Positions 16,853 to 26,869 are shown, counted from the stretch's first letter. The stretch is DNA of 64,000 bases from Thermoplasmatota archaeon (GCA_030740765.1 JASLWR010000009.1:1905-65904), one strand, 5' to 3'. A program made the numbers and translations. The notes: a model not told the origin generated them from the letters alone.

Positions 16853-19800
16853 GGCTCATCCTCTTCCCCATGAACTGTCGAGGATTCCACCCTTCCCCCT
16901 TTCTTGTTCAGAATATCTTCCTCGATCTCTTCTATCTTTTTTTCCCGCTTCTCGATTTCCAGCTCGATCTCTTCCAACTTTTCTTCTGCCTTGTCGAGCT
17001 CTTCTTCAGCATCTTCGATATCGTACTTCACGTCTTGCAGATACTTGTATACGTTGGCATTCGGGTTTGGCCGCCTGCCCTTTGCACCACACTTTTTGCA
17101 GTGAAGATGTAGTTTTTCCTCGTCGGTTTCCGGCAGTTTCACCTTTGCACCACATTCAGGGCAATTCATACTTTTCCGTATGTCAGCCTCTATCTCCTTC
17201 TTCTCTTTCAGGAAAGCATCCAGCACATCTTCCTTAACTTTCTTGTCTTTTTTTAGACTCTCAAATTGAAGCCCTGTTTCTTCAAGTTCTTTTGTCAGTT
17301 CATCGGCACTGGTTTCCAGCACCAATATCTCTTCGTCGAACTTTTTCACATCGGGGTCAAATGAAGATTTATCCTTTTTCTTTCGATCCCGTCTTCTCCC
17401 CTTCCTTTTTGATCGTCCTTTCTCTTCAGTTCTTTTTTCGGACTTATCAAGTAAAGGCGACCCTGCTGGCTCCCGTAAGGAGCTTGCTCCTGAGGGAGAA
17501 GATGCATTTTCAATGCATCGGAACGCAGTGGACTCGCCTAACTTGTCAGATAGTGACCTTACAAGTGAAGTCTTCAATGCTTCTATCTTTATCCTTTTCT
17601 CTCTCCACTGTTGTGTGCTCTTCTTCAATTTGGCTTGTCTCATTACTATAATCACAATAATAAATATGACCAGGATCACACCTACGGCGATATTGAGGAT
17701 CATAGGTGTATTGGATTCCGGGACATTGACGGTAATGGAGTCGGCAAGGATACTCCCAAACTCATCGGTGGTCTCCACTATGATCTCATGCTGGCCACCG
17801 CTCAAGGTGAGGGTGAGCTCCCCGCCGGTATACTGACCAAAACTGATACCGTCCACAAAGACCTCGCACTCTACGGCCTTCAGGTTCCATGTCAGCTCAA
17901 ATTCATCGTCCAGTATCTCATCATTTCCAGGAGATAGTATGAATAGACTGTAGGAGCCGTCCAGGCAGTACAAACTGTTCCCTTGTGAGATCAGGATATC
18001 TGCCTTTCCATCGGTGTTGACATCCCCGTTATCTTCCGCCACCGCATATCCTATGGGAATCTGTCGCAGCAACGTACCTGTTTCCGGATCCACCACTTCC
18101 AATACGAAGACCTCCGCGCCATCGATCTGGGCGGTCCTCTGTACCATCATATCCCTGATCCCATCGCCGGATACATCACTTAAGACCGAGACACCGAAAA
18201 CAGGCTGTGCCATGTTCCAATCGGTAAATTCCGTTTGTTCTTCGTATTGGATAACATTAAGCTGTTCTCCGGTCTTTCCATCCAAGATATGGATGTCGGC
18301 ACCCAGGGCTCCCCATCGCCCGGAACCAACGGCTATATCAGCTGTTCCGTCTCCGTTTGTATCTTCAATGATCTTCAAAGGATTGCCGCCGCTGAATGCA
18401 AAAGAAAAAATCTCAGTATTTACCCAAATCTCCTGGTGGGTTTGTCCGTCGATTGCCATTATTTGTGGAGGTGCCCTCTTGCCCCCGGTTTTTTTGAAGA
18501 GCAGGGCATCCTTGACCCCGTCGCCATTTAGGTCCTGGAGGAAAGGCCCTTCCTCAGGGTGTTCTCCCGGAGCAAAATTGTCCATGGGCTGGTTTCCCGC
18601 CCCTACGGAAAATCCCGGACCAAGGGCGCTGCCGTCCAGGCCGCTCAGGACATGGCATTCATGCTGCTCTTCGTTTTTATCATCACCAGGAACAACCGAG
18701 AAATACATCACATCCGATCTGCCGTCCCCATTGAGGTCCTCAATTAGCGCGAAACTGCCGGATAATACCTCATCATTGTCCGGACTGCTAAGGTTCTCGG
18801 GATATCTCCAGGAGAAGTTTGCCGACATACTGCCGTTTGCAGATATGTTTGAAAAGTATATCAGTGATGAATAATCGGTTATCAGTAAACCTGGTTGAGC
18901 ATCATCCCCCACAGCGAATGTCTGTGGATACCATGGCAGCCAGCTGATATTATTCTGGGTCATGTTCCACAATTGCGAGCCGTCCGCCCCGTCCAGAAGG
19001 TAGACGTTGCCGCCCTGACCCCCCACGAAGATATCGGGAATTCCGTCACCGCTGAGATCGGAACCCGGTTCCAATGACGCAATCCTTCGGTTTACCAAAT
19101 TCCAATATTCATAGAGGCCTTGAGATGCATTTAGGGAAGAATTGAAAAAGAGCTGAGAGCTTACGGGAGCCTCCCATGCCAGGCTGCCGTCGGCTCCGTC
19201 TATGACGAACACGAATGTATGATTTCCCATCTCCAGAAGGTCATCCGGCACGTCGCTTTGCCGATAGGCCAGGATGTCGATCTTTCCGTCACCGGTAAAG
19301 TCGCTTTCCATGCTGATGTCCCTGGCACCCTTGGTCGGGAGATCGGCGAGAGATACGGTATGTTTCCAGAGCTCTTCGCCGGTGACTCGGTCGACGGCCT
19401 GGAGGGTCCTTACATGAGAATTTGAGCCCAGGGAAGAAAGGATCACAAGGTCTCCGGCCCCGTCGTCGGTAATGTCCGAGATGTCCTGCACCTCCACACT
19501 TTCCATGTTGTTCACATCCCACAGGACTTCCTGGGCCAGGGGATCCACCACCAGAAGGCCAGACGTTCCAAGAGTCAATATCATCAACTGACCCTGGGAA
19601 CCGTCGGGATTGTTAAAGAATTCAAGCTGAAAATTCCCCAGCCAGGCATTATCGAGGATGGGATGATCGAAAAAAGGTTCAAGTTCCTTGGTTTCGGTAT
19701 CCACCAATTTGATCTCATTCTTATGCGGTATAACAAGAGAATAATTGCCATTGCCGTTCCAGTTCACCAAAGCTTCGGTTGACCATAAAACCGGAATATC

Positions 19801-21087
19801 AATTGCGTCCGTACCTGTGGTGTTGAACAGTATGTTTTCCTGGTCCAGCTCAACGATCTCATCATTATCCTCCGGATCTGTTTTTCCACCGGGATCTCTG
19901 TCCTTTCCCTGCCTGGTCCTGACACCGGTAAGGGAAGACGATATGATCTTGGCGGTCCCGCTATAATCCCTGTTAATACCCATGACCAGGATGTCCCGGA
20001 GCCCGTCGCCGTCGAAATCTTCAATGGTCTTTATGCGCGGGTTGAAAAAGTTTAATGGATGATCAATACCTGACTGTATCCCGACATTATTCTCCATATC
20101 AACATTCGGCTGGTTCTGAAGAGTGATCTTCTTCGACCAGATAATTACCCCTCCATCCCCGCTCATCAATGTAATGAAACCGTCTTCCGAACTTACCACC
20201 ACGTCCGGGACATTATCACTGTTAACATCCTCAATGGTCAGGATTGACCAAAGAGAGAGGTCGATCTTGATGTCCACCGTTTCGCCTTCGTCCCCTTTGC
20301 TTTTAGGGTCCAAATCAATGACCTTTTCATATATCTCTGTGAGGTCATGTCCCCAGACCTCGTTCCCAGTCTCGCCGTTTAAAAGATGTATGTCGCCGTC
20401 CTGTGAACCTGCCAGCACATCGTTCTTATTATCGCCAGTCACGTCCGCGGCTGCCACCACGTTCCAGATATCGTTACCGCCCGTAAATGTCCACAGGACA
20501 TCTCCATTCTCTCCCGACAGGCGATAGACCATTTTCCATGAGCTCACGATCACATCCTTTCCACTGCCTGAGGGAATGGAGGCGGCGCACCATGAGATGG
20601 TTTCCGCATCGATTAGACCATCTTCCTCGGTAAAGGCATCCATTATGGGCTTGAATTCCCAGAGTTTTCCCCCTGTTTCGGTGCTCACTGCGATCACGTT
20701 GGGCGTTTGCTGGTTCCTGGTGGTAATAACAAAATCGGTTCGGCCGCCACTGTCAATATCACCGATATCGGTAATTGATATAACTGAATCCAGGGTGGTG
20801 TAACGCGTATACACCTCACCTGTGAGAAGGTCTATGGCCATTGCACCGCCGTCCGTCCCAACTAATACGGTGTTTGGAGTGCCGGCATTTGTCTGATCCA
20901 CCAGCTTTATTTCAGTAGTTATTCCCCCGGTCATGCCTCCGATGGTCTGCCATAGCACGCTGCCCCGTCCAGCGTCTCCCTGGGTTTCAGGGCCGACATT
21001 GGAATTCTGGGCCGGGATAGTAATAACCAATGCAGATGTCATCAGTAAAATAATCAAAAGTATTGGACTTATCATGTGTCGTTCCAT
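16834..21087 (-). CDS. giant (1417 aa) cell-surface PQQ-like/FG-GAP beta-propeller repeat protein with a C-terminal TM anchor and a cytoplasmic coiled-coil + Zn-ribbon tail
   Basis: N-terminal signal/TM, many repeats of the D-x-D/N-GDG-x-D-(I/V/L) and GxxLW/DGS(L/V)WE types, a TM helix (ILNIAVGVILVIFIIVIIV), then a KE-rich coiled coil and CPECGAK...CKKCGAK. Repeat R3 is embedded in-frame in the tail. Confidence 0.75.
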   Translation of the reverse strand: MERHMISPILLIILLMTSALVITIPAQNSNVGPETQGDAGRGSVLWQTIGGMTGGITTEIKLVDQTNAGTPNTVLVGTDGGAMAIDLLTGEVYTRYTTLDSVISITDIGDIDSGGRTDFVITTRNQQTPNVIAVSTETGGKLWEFKPIMDAFTEEDGLIDAETISWCAASIPSGSGKDVIVSSWKMVYRLSGENGDVLWTFTGGNDIWNVVAAADVTGDNKNDVLAGSQDGDIHLLNGETGNEVWGHDLTEIYEKVIDLDPKSKGDEGETVDIKIDLSLWSILTIEDVNSDNVPDVVVSSEDGFITLMSGDGGVIIWSKKITLQNQPNVDMENNVGIQSGIDHPLNFFNPRIKTIEDFDGDGLRDILVMGINRDYSGTAKIISSSLTGVRTRQGKDRDPGGKTDPEDNDEIVELDQENILFNTTGTDAIDIPVLWSTEALVNWNGNGNYSLVIPHKNEIKLVDTETKELEPFFDHPILDNAWLGNFQLEFFNNPDGSQGQLMILTLGTSGLLVVDPLAQEVLWDVNNMESVEVQDISDITDDGAGDLVILSSLGSNSHVRTLQAVDRVTGEELWKHTVSLADLPTKGARDISMESDFTGDGKIDILAYRQSDVPDDLLEMGNHTFVFVIDGADGSLAWEAPVSSQLFFNSSLNASQGLYEYWNLVNRRIASLEPGSDLSGDGIPDIFVGGQGGNVYLLDGADGSQLWNMTQNNISWLPWYPQTFAVGDDAQPGLLITDYSSLIYFSNISANGSMSANFSWRYPENLSSPDNDEVLSGSFALIEDLNGDGRSDVMYFSVVPGDDKNEEQHECHVLSGLDGSALGPGFSVGAGNQPMDNFAPGEHPEEGPFLQDLNGDGVKDALLFKKTGGKRAPPQIMAIDGQTHQEIWVNTEIFSFAFSGGNPLKIIEDTNGDGTADIAVGSGRWGALGADIHILDGKTGEQLNVIQYEEQTEFTDWNMAQPVFGVSVLSDVSGDGIRDMMVQRTAQIDGAEVFVLEVVDPETGTLLRQIPIGYAVAEDNGDVNTDGKADILISQGNSLYCLDGSYSLFILSPGNDEILDDEFELTWNLKAVECEVFVDGISFGQYTGGELTLTLSGGQHEIIVETTDEFGSILADSITVNVPESNTPMILNIAVGVILVIFIIVIIVMRQAKLKKSTQQWREKRIKIEALKTSLVRSLSDKLGESTAFRCIENASSPSGASSLREPAGSPLLDKSEKRTEEKGRSKRKGRRRDRKKKDKSSFDPDVKKFDEEILVLETSADELTKELEETGLQFESLKKDKKVKEDVLDAFLKEKKEIEADIRKSMNCPECGAKVKLPETDEEKLHLHCKKCGAKGRRPNPNANVYKYLQDVKYDIEDAEEELDKAEEKLEEIELEIEKREKKIEEIEEDILNKKGGRVESSTVHGEEDEPWEVEE
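17464..17572. repeat. R3 copy 2 (compact copy), embedded in-frame within the 3' region of the giant minus-strand gene
   Basis: See R3 copy 1. The same element supplies SGASSLREPAG to both antisense-frame ORFs (6261-6536 and the giant ORF). Confidence 0.7.
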
Positions 21088-21111
21088 CGTTTCTTCCCCC
21101 TTTCCTATAAT

Positions 21112-21873
21112 TCATTCTCTTTCGATCTTTGATAATTTAGGATGTACACTATTCAGATGTGCTTGGAGATTTTTCATCATAAGGTCCGTCCCACACTCGG
21201 GGCAGGTCGTCCATTCGTCATTTTTGGATTTTCCCTTTGTGGCGTTACCCTTCATCATTATCCAGATCACCACTGCAAGCGCGATGATGGCTATGACCGC
21301 CCCCACGATTGAATAGAGGACCCAGCTTTCCATTCCGCTCTCCTTCGTTGATATATCTTCTTTTGGATCATCCTCGGTCGTGTCATCCTCTTTTTGATCA
21401 TCTTTACCGTCGTCCTTTCCATCGTCCTTTCCATCGTCTTTACCGTCATCCTTACCTCCACCATCCTCGCCCACCGTGTGGGTTTCGGTGACAGAGCCGC
21501 TAACACTGCATTCCGCGGTAACGGATATTACATCACGATCAGATGCGGTCACATTGTAGGAATATACGATCATGCCCTTGCCCTTTTCATCGTCAACCTT
21601 CTGGCTCGTATAGGTCTCATTCAGAACTTCACGACGGTTCACGCTGACGGTCACTTTTTTGATATAATGTGTGTCAGAATCTGCCGATTCGTGGTCAATG
21701 TAGACTGTCAGGGTCTGCTCTTTGTAGGTTGGATATATCGCAGCCGGTGAATGCGCCTGGACATTCCCTGATATTGGAAGGAAAGTGAGAGCAGTTAGAA
21801 GTGTTGAAAATACCAGTACCGATACAGTCATTGATGTTATTGTTTTGTTCGTTCTCATTGTCTCATTCTCCAA
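21112..21873 (-). CDS. secreted/membrane protein with an acidic (DGKDD)n tandem repeat, a TM helix and a C-terminal C2H2-like zinc finger
   Basis: Signal peptide, beta-rich domain, DGKDDGKDDGKDDGKDD, TM (VLYSIVGAVIAIIALAVVIWIMM), CPECGTDL...HLNSVH. Confidence 0.6.
   Translation of the reverse strand: MENETMRTNKTITSMTVSVLVFSTLLTALTFLPISGNVQAHSPAAIYPTYKEQTLTVYIDHESADSDTHYIKKVTVSVNRREVLNETYTSQKVDDEKGKGMIVYSYNVTASDRDVISVTAECSVSGSVTETHTVGEDGGGKDDGKDDGKDDGKDDGKDDQKEDDTTEDDPKEDISTKESGMESWVLYSIVGAVIAIIALAVVIWIMMKGNATKGKSKNDEWTTCPECGTDLMMKNLQAHLNSVHPKLSKIERE
21385..21462. repeat. 15-bp tandem repeat (about 5 units) encoding the (DGKDD)n tract
   Basis: catcgtcctttc / catcgtctttac units are directly visible in the sequence. 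Confidence 0.7.
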
Positions 21874-21895
21874 TATTTACTGTTTGAATATTTTG

Positions 21896-22090
21896 TCAAT
21901 CGTCAAAAATAAAAATCTTCTCGATGGTGGTTTTGAAAACCCAGGCGATGTCATGGGCCAGTTTCAGCGATGGGTTGTATTTGCCTTTCTCCAGATAGAC
22001 AATGGTCTCCCGCCGCACCCCCACCTTGATTGCTAGATCTCCCTGGGTCATGTTGGATCTTGCCCTGAGCTCCTTGATACGGGTTTTCAT
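21896..22090 (-). CDS. XRE-family (Cro/C1-type) helix-turn-helix transcriptional regulator
   Basis: 64 aa. [45 protein letters not shown] is a canonical HTH_XRE. Confidence 0.85.
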   Translation of the reverse strand: MKTRIKELRARSNMTQGDLAIKVGVRRETIVYLEKGKYNPSLKLAHDIAWVFKTTIEKIFIFDD

Positions 22091-22103
22091 GGTACAAACC
22101 CCA

Positions 22104-22550
22104 TCATTCCACTGGGTCTCCCCGGAAACGATGCCATAGCCAGCTAAGTCCGAATATTAGCAGCATCATGAGAATTTGATAGAATACCAGCAGTGAGGGA
22201 TCTATTTCTTGGTAATCGGATTTGAAAAAAATAAGTAAAATTTGCAAATACAAGGCAATAAAGAACGCTTTTGCAGCACTTCTTTGAAGTAGATCCCGGG
22301 TTCGCTCGTCCTTTCTTGGGAACCCCTTGTGAAATTGTCGGACCGTATGAATTATGTACAGCAACGGTATTATAGATCCAACCAGGCCTAATATTAGAAA
22401 AGAGATACCCCATGAAATTTTGACGTCCTTGTAGATCATCCAAAATCCCTTCCAACTTAGAGGCAAGCCCAAAAATAGTTCGAAGAAGATACCGATCAAG
22501 ACCAATCGAATTTTTTCCTTTATTGGTACTTTCATACTTCGGCCCACCAA
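22104..22550 (-). CDS. small multi-TM membrane protein co-transcribed with the XRE regulator (DUF2178-like arrangement)
   Basis: Three to four hydrophobic helices, immediately upstream of the HTH gene. The alternative overlapping frame (22144-22584) is less protein-like. Confidence 0.5.
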   Translation of the reverse strand: MVGRSMKVPIKEKIRLVLIGIFFELFLGLPLSWKGFWMIYKDVKISWGISFLILGLVGSIIPLLYIIHTVRQFHKGFPRKDERTRDLLQRSAAKAFFIALYLQILLIFFKSDYQEIDPSLLVFYQILMMLLIFGLSWLWHRFRGDPVE

Positions 22551-22737
22551 CTATTGGACTCGAGAAGGATGTGGGGTATTTCAAACTTAATGTTAGATAT
22601 ATCTCACATCTGCTATTAATAAGTTCGGTTTTTTTTTAATGACGAATCAATCCTTGCGCTTTCCAATTCGCACAACATTAAGTGCCAGGACCAATACAGT
22701 TATGATGGCGGCTATAATTGCTACGATGCTCATTTAT

Positions 22738-23442
22738 CTAAAAACTTCTTCTGATGTTGCGGGAATACCGTCCATCAATATCTCCAGTGTGAATACATGC
22801 TCCGAAAAATACGGGGTGAATCACCCACAGATGGTCCCTATGACCCGGACAGGGGCCGAATTTTATTTTTTGTCCATTTAATTTTATTATACCTTCGAAG
22901 ATTCCAACCTGTTCAATGTGCTGCGAGGCAAGCTTTCTAAACAAATCTAGCCCGTTTTTATTCAGATCTTTGGTATACGAATAAAATTCATTCAGAGGTC
23001 GGAAAAGAATATCAAGATCGCATTTCTTTGAGCGATATCGCAGCCGCCAGTCAATCCCCTCCACTTGGTAAGATAAACTACCAAGTCGGAAACGATCGGT
23101 TTCGTGCAATTTTATATCTCTCGAAAGGAGGGGCTTGCCTATTACAATTCTTCCCTTACGGAGGACGATAACAAAGCCTGTACATCTTCGTCTTTTGTTC
23201 GGGACGATTCCTATAGTGGTTATCAGGCTTAATCCGGTTTTTTCGTCTGTGGCGTTAAAATAGTAGCTCTCGCGCCAGTTTTTTTGAGTATATTCACCAG
23301 TTAAGCTCCTCCGCTGCTTCAGGAGGTGAGAAAGATTATCGATTTCAATATAACTCAGACGGGATAGGTCTGTTGCTGATTCATCAGCCCGTTTATTCCC
23401 TTCTCTTTTAATATTATCCACCTTTAGGGAGCATAGATACAT
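22738..23442 (-). CDS. hypothetical protein
   Basis: 234-aa ORF with no recognisable domain. Start uncertain. Confidence 0.3.
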   Translation of the reverse strand: MYLCSLKVDNIKREGNKRADESATDLSRLSYIEIDNLSHLLKQRRSLTGEYTQKNWRESYYFNATDEKTGLSLITTIGIVPNKRRRCTGFVIVLRKGRIVIGKPLLSRDIKLHETDRFRLGSLSYQVEGIDWRLRYRSKKCDLDILFRPLNEFYSYTKDLNKNGLDLFRKLASQHIEQVGIFEGIIKLNGQKIKFGPCPGHRDHLWVIHPVFFGACIHTGDIDGRYSRNIRRSF

Positions 23443-23682
23443 TGCGCTCTAAAGACAAGTTCAAAATCCACATTCTTCTACATTCTTCCTTAAGTTCATG
23501 GCGGTTCGTTGAGTAATATGTCTGCAAATCGGGTTTTCAGAACTTGACTTCGTTTATTCTTCCTCTGAATCAATACAAATTTGAGCGCCAAACATTTTTT
23601 TTATATTTGTTACTCTTAACGGGTACACAGTTTTTTACATTTTCCATAAAATGAGAGGGATTTCGTATAACTAATATATTAC

Positions 23683-23790
23683 ACCGCACCGCATGCATTT
23701 GTAGATAACGCCATTCACGAATTTGATCTGGTCAAAACCACATTTCGGGCTGTTGTTGTCTTTTCCAGGTGAATTGACCTTTAGTTGTTC
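23683..23790 (-). pseudogene. remnant of a C-terminal zinc-ribbon module (fourth copy of the CPxCG-x-D-x-IKF-V-[DN]-GV-x-YKC-x-RCG family), no ATG start
   Basis: Reverse translation gives ...NSPGKDNNSPKCGFDQIKFVNGVIYKCMRCGV*, which matches the C-termini of 24371-24874, 24913-25188 and 25149-25658. Confidence 0.45.
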
Positions 23791-23988
23791 CACATCCTTT
23801 TTTAAATTGCCTATGGACGGACTATATCACAGTGTGTTTACATAATAATACTGGAAGGCATTTCTTACAATTATTTAAGAATAACGAACCAGTAGCACTA
23901 CTTGAATCAATCATTCCTCTCCTATATTTGATAGCTCTGGATGCACTCGGTCAAGATATGAAAGAAAGGTGGATCAAGAATTAAATGA

Positions 23989-24309
23989 TCATACCGTCTT
24001 GATCTTGACCGCCGTTCCAAAGGCTATGATCTCGGCGGCGCCTCTCATGGTCTGAGCAGTTGTATAGCGCATCCCGATTATCGCCTTCGCCTTCATTTTT
24101 TTCGCTTGGCCCATCATGCGTTCCATTGCGCTTCGGCGTGCCTCTTCCATCATTTCCGTGTAGCCTTTTGCCTCGCCGCCAACTATGGAGCGGAGGCCTG
24201 CACCTATATCCTTACCCCAGTGTTTGGTTTGAACACAACTACCAAAGACCACGCCCAGCACTTCAGTGACCTTGTAACCCGGTATCTTTTCCGTTGTTGT
24301 AACTAGCAT
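23989..24309 (-). CDS. YbjQ/UPF0145 (DUF74) family heavy-metal-binding-like protein
   Basis: 106 aa with the typical YbjQ-family pattern (ML.TTT..IPGY....LG.V.G..V...). Confidence 0.7.
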   Translation of the reverse strand: MLVTTTEKIPGYKVTEVLGVVFGSCVQTKHWGKDIGAGLRSIVGGEAKGYTEMMEEARRSAMERMMGQAKKMKAKAIIGMRYTTAQTMRGAAEIIAFGTAVKIKTV

Positions 24310-24370
24310 TCTATACCTTCCTTTTTAGTTGATTTTTTAATCTTTATTTTTTGCTTAATATATTTTTTGC

Positions 24371-24874
24371 TTAATATATTTTCCCGCACCGCGCACATTT
24401 ATAGTTAACACCATCGATAAATTTGATCTGGTCGAACCCGCACTTCGGACAATTTCCATATGTACCCGGCGATTGGATCTTGCGACGTTCGCCATCTTTT
24501 TTAAATTTGATTTTCTCCACACCAAGCAATCTAACGCAGATGAAACATGTTATCACCGCCATGACGATTAAAGGGACGATCAAGTAAGCGGCAGGCACCA
24601 ATAAGCTGTAGTGTTCAAGATCAATAAAATATATCAATGACATCTCGATTACGGCATACCCCATGCCTATCAAGGACACCCAAATGCCTATCATTGGACC
24701 CCAGTAATCGGACTTCCAGACACTAAATGCCGTTGCAAATAATAATGTCGTCAACAACCTGTCGGGAATAACCCAGGTCACCGTGTGCAAACTTACCATC
24801 ATAGATAGTATTGCCATCAAGACAAAGAGAACCGCGCAGATGATACGTATGGATTTATTATCATTCTCGTTCAT
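24371..24874 (-). CDS. four-TM membrane protein with a C-terminal zinc ribbon (paralog family)
   Basis: TM helices followed by CPKCGFDQIKFIDGVNYKCARCGKIY. Confidence 0.6.
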   Translation of the reverse strand: MNENDNKSIRIICAVLFVLMAILSMMVSLHTVTWVIPDRLLTTLLFATAFSVWKSDYWGPMIGIWVSLIGMGYAVIEMSLIYFIDLEHYSLLVPAAYLIVPLIVMAVITCFICVRLLGVEKIKFKKDGERRKIQSPGTYGNCPKCGFDQIKFIDGVNYKCARCGKIY

Positions 24875-24912
24875 ATAATATCCTCATTTGAAATCTATCA
24901 ATCATTTGAAAA

Positions 24913-25188
24913 CTAATATTTATGTCCGCATTTTGTGCATTTGTAAACGACGCCATCAACGAATTTTAATTTATCGTTTCCGCAAACCGGACAAATCCCA
25001 AGGTCCCTTTCATAAAGACTCCTCAGGCGTTTAAGTTCCTTTCCCGCAAGCTTGGAAAGGTTAATCCACCCATTTTCCTTCCACCATCCCCAAATCTCTT
25101 TGCTCAATGTTATGTTCACTTTTGGCATATTTTCACACCTACCATTAATTACAGATGAAACCAGTAAATGTATCCGCATTTTGAGCAC
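24913..25188 (-). CDS. small protein with an RHH-like N-terminus and a C-terminal zinc ribbon (paralog family)
   Basis: MPKVNITLSKEIWGWWKENGWINLSKLAG...CPVCGNDKLKFVDGVVYKCTKCGHKY. The start is probably the internal M (about 25128). Confidence 0.55.
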   Translation of the reverse strand: MLKMRIHLLVSSVINGRCENMPKVNITLSKEIWGWWKENGWINLSKLAGKELKRLRSLYERDLGICPVCGNDKLKFVDGVVYKCTKCGHKY

Positions 25189-25658
25189 ACGTAATTTTGT
25201 GCATTTTTGTTAACCCAATCCCAATCCAGAAATGTTAAACCTCTTGTATTTAAAAGAGTGGCACGGCTCCAGAATTGATCGTTAGCGCAAATGGGACAGG
25301 ATAATTTGTTTCCTTCAATAACAACTTCTTTTGATTGTCGTTTTCCGCTTTTATCCCCTTTTGCTTTATATCTTCGGAGTATGACGAGGTCGTTATTGCG
25401 GATATTTAGTTTATCCATATCTCCCTTTCGGATCGAGACAAATCCTTTTTGAACATATCGGTCTGCTGAGACCTCGACGATAATTCCCGTCCCTTCGGTT
25501 CCGGGAGTGCATAATTCAATTTCATCCCCTTTATCGAAATCCACTTCCTCGATATGCGATTCATGGATCCTGATCACGCCCGGATGTCCCTTAATTTTAC
25601 TGGCCTTGGCTCTCAGTTCCATTTTGTTCACCTCAAGTTCTTCCTTCGCTATGATCAT
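25149..25658 (-). CDS. beta-barrel N-domain + C-terminal zinc-ribbon protein (paralog family)
   Basis: N-terminal region resembles AbrB/TRAM-like beta domains (GDEIELCTPGTEGTGIIVEV). C-terminus CPICANDQF...YVCSKCGYIY. Confidence 0.5.
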   Translation of the reverse strand: MIIAKEELEVNKMELRAKASKIKGHPGVIRIHESHIEEVDFDKGDEIELCTPGTEGTGIIVEVSADRYVQKGFVSIRKGDMDKLNIRNNDLVILRRYKAKGDKSGKRQSKEVVIEGNKLSCPICANDQFWSRATLLNTRGLTFLDWDWVNKNAQNYVCSKCGYIYWFHL

Positions 25659-25690
25659 TTCTCTAATGGTTTTATTTTACCGGCCTCATT

Positions 25691-26014
25691 TCAACTCGAA
25701 TCTACGATTTTATTGAGTTCCGACTGAACAAAGGCTGGCATTACAATATCGAGAAGGAAAAATAAAATGAACCAAAACCATTTTTGATTATCTTTCTTGA
25801 CATGATCAGCAAAGCCTTCAGCATATTTATATTTCCAATAAATGTTCACAAACGGAATTATTATCAGCCAGCCCGTTGGTATTTTTGCTCCCAGACGGTT
25901 CATCTCATTTTTAGTTGAAACTGCCCAATAGATTCCATAGATGCCAAAGGTAGTTAATGTAAATAGATACACCAATAGAATATTCCTTTTTTTTATCATC
26001 GTTTTATGTTCCAT
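25691..26014 (-). CDS. DUF4234-like small membrane protein
   Basis: Two TM helices with WxW and KYKY features. Confidence 0.5.
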   Translation of the reverse strand: MEHKTMIKKRNILLVYLFTLTTFGIYGIYWAVSTKNEMNRLGAKIPTGWLIIIPFVNIYWKYKYAEGFADHVKKDNQKWFWFILFFLLDIVMPAFVQSELNKIVDSS

Positions 26015-26329
26015 ATTAAGTTCCTCCGTTGATTATTTCTTAGAGGTGCAATTATCGAAAGTTTCGTTAACCCATTTTTCACCTGAACGGCCCGAGGTGC
26101 GCCCAGCAAGTGCTGTTATAAATTCTACAAATCTTTGCGCCATAAGGAGTATATAGGAGTATTAATACTTATAACTTATCACTTAATTATTCAATAATCC
26201 CATTATTGGCGAACAAAGTATTTTCATATCCACAGACCCGATATGTACCCAGAGTGAACGTGAAGGTACAACGAAGCGAGAAAGTGGAAAAAGCTGATTG
26301 CAAGGAGATGGGGGGCGAATAGATAATCT

Positions 26330-26869
26330 TCAGGAAAGTTGCACCTGTGCCAGATCGGATATCTCTTTCAATCTCGGACAACGAAGGTCATATTCCTTCT
26401 CAAGGTCGTACATACGGTCCAGGAATATTACTGTCCAGACCCTGCCGGTTACCTCGGCTTGTAGAGTCAGCTCCGAGATTACAACCTCCCAGTCCAATCC
26501 GGATTGGAAGAGCTTGCTCATGTCATCCAGGTCGATATCCCTTCCCGATACGGATTTCAAAAGGAATAAATCCTCATTGGAAAGCCGGTTGATCTTAAGA
26601 TTCCTGAGTTTGGATAAGGGTATAGCCCTCTGCCTCATGGATTCTGTGAACTCCAGCTTGCCGGCAATGTTCTTCATGAAGATATCGAATTTCAGTCCTT
26701 GAGAATTCTGAAAATGCATCGCAGTCCTCTTCAATTCCTCCTGGGACTGCATCTCTAACTGTATGAAACCAATTTCTCTTAATGCTAATATGATAGATTC
26801 AAGTTCCTTTTTCTCCCGGAGCACAAGATCAATATCCTTCGTAGCTGTTTTTGATCCTGCCTTGAGCAT
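26330..26869 (-). CDS. minimal nucleotidyltransferase (NTase-fold) domain protein
   Basis: GS-x9-DxD motif (KAGSKTATKDIDLVL), characteristic of the pol-beta-like NTase superfamily. Confidence 0.5.
   Translation of the reverse strand: MLKAGSKTATKDIDLVLREKKELESIILALREIGFIQLEMQSQEELKRTAMHFQNSQGLKFDIFMKNIAGKLEFTESMRQRAIPLSKLRNLKINRLSNEDLFLLKSVSGRDIDLDDMSKLFQSGLDWEVVISELTLQAEVTGRVWTVIFLDRMYDLEKEYDLRCPRLKEISDLAQVQLS

Noticed and set aside
17000-20800. Many plus-strand ORFs of 60-286 aa (e.g. 16545-17237, 18014-18874, 20123-20527) overlapping the giant minus-strand gene
   Set aside because: They are antisense to a gene with strong repeat/domain evidence, are Ser/Pro/Arg-rich and low-complexity, and have no domain support. 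They are typical shadow ORFs.
22144-22584. Alternative 146-aa frame overlapping the 22104-22550 membrane protein
   Set aside because: The other frame yields clean TM helices and pairs with the XRE regulator; this frame is hydrophilic junk.
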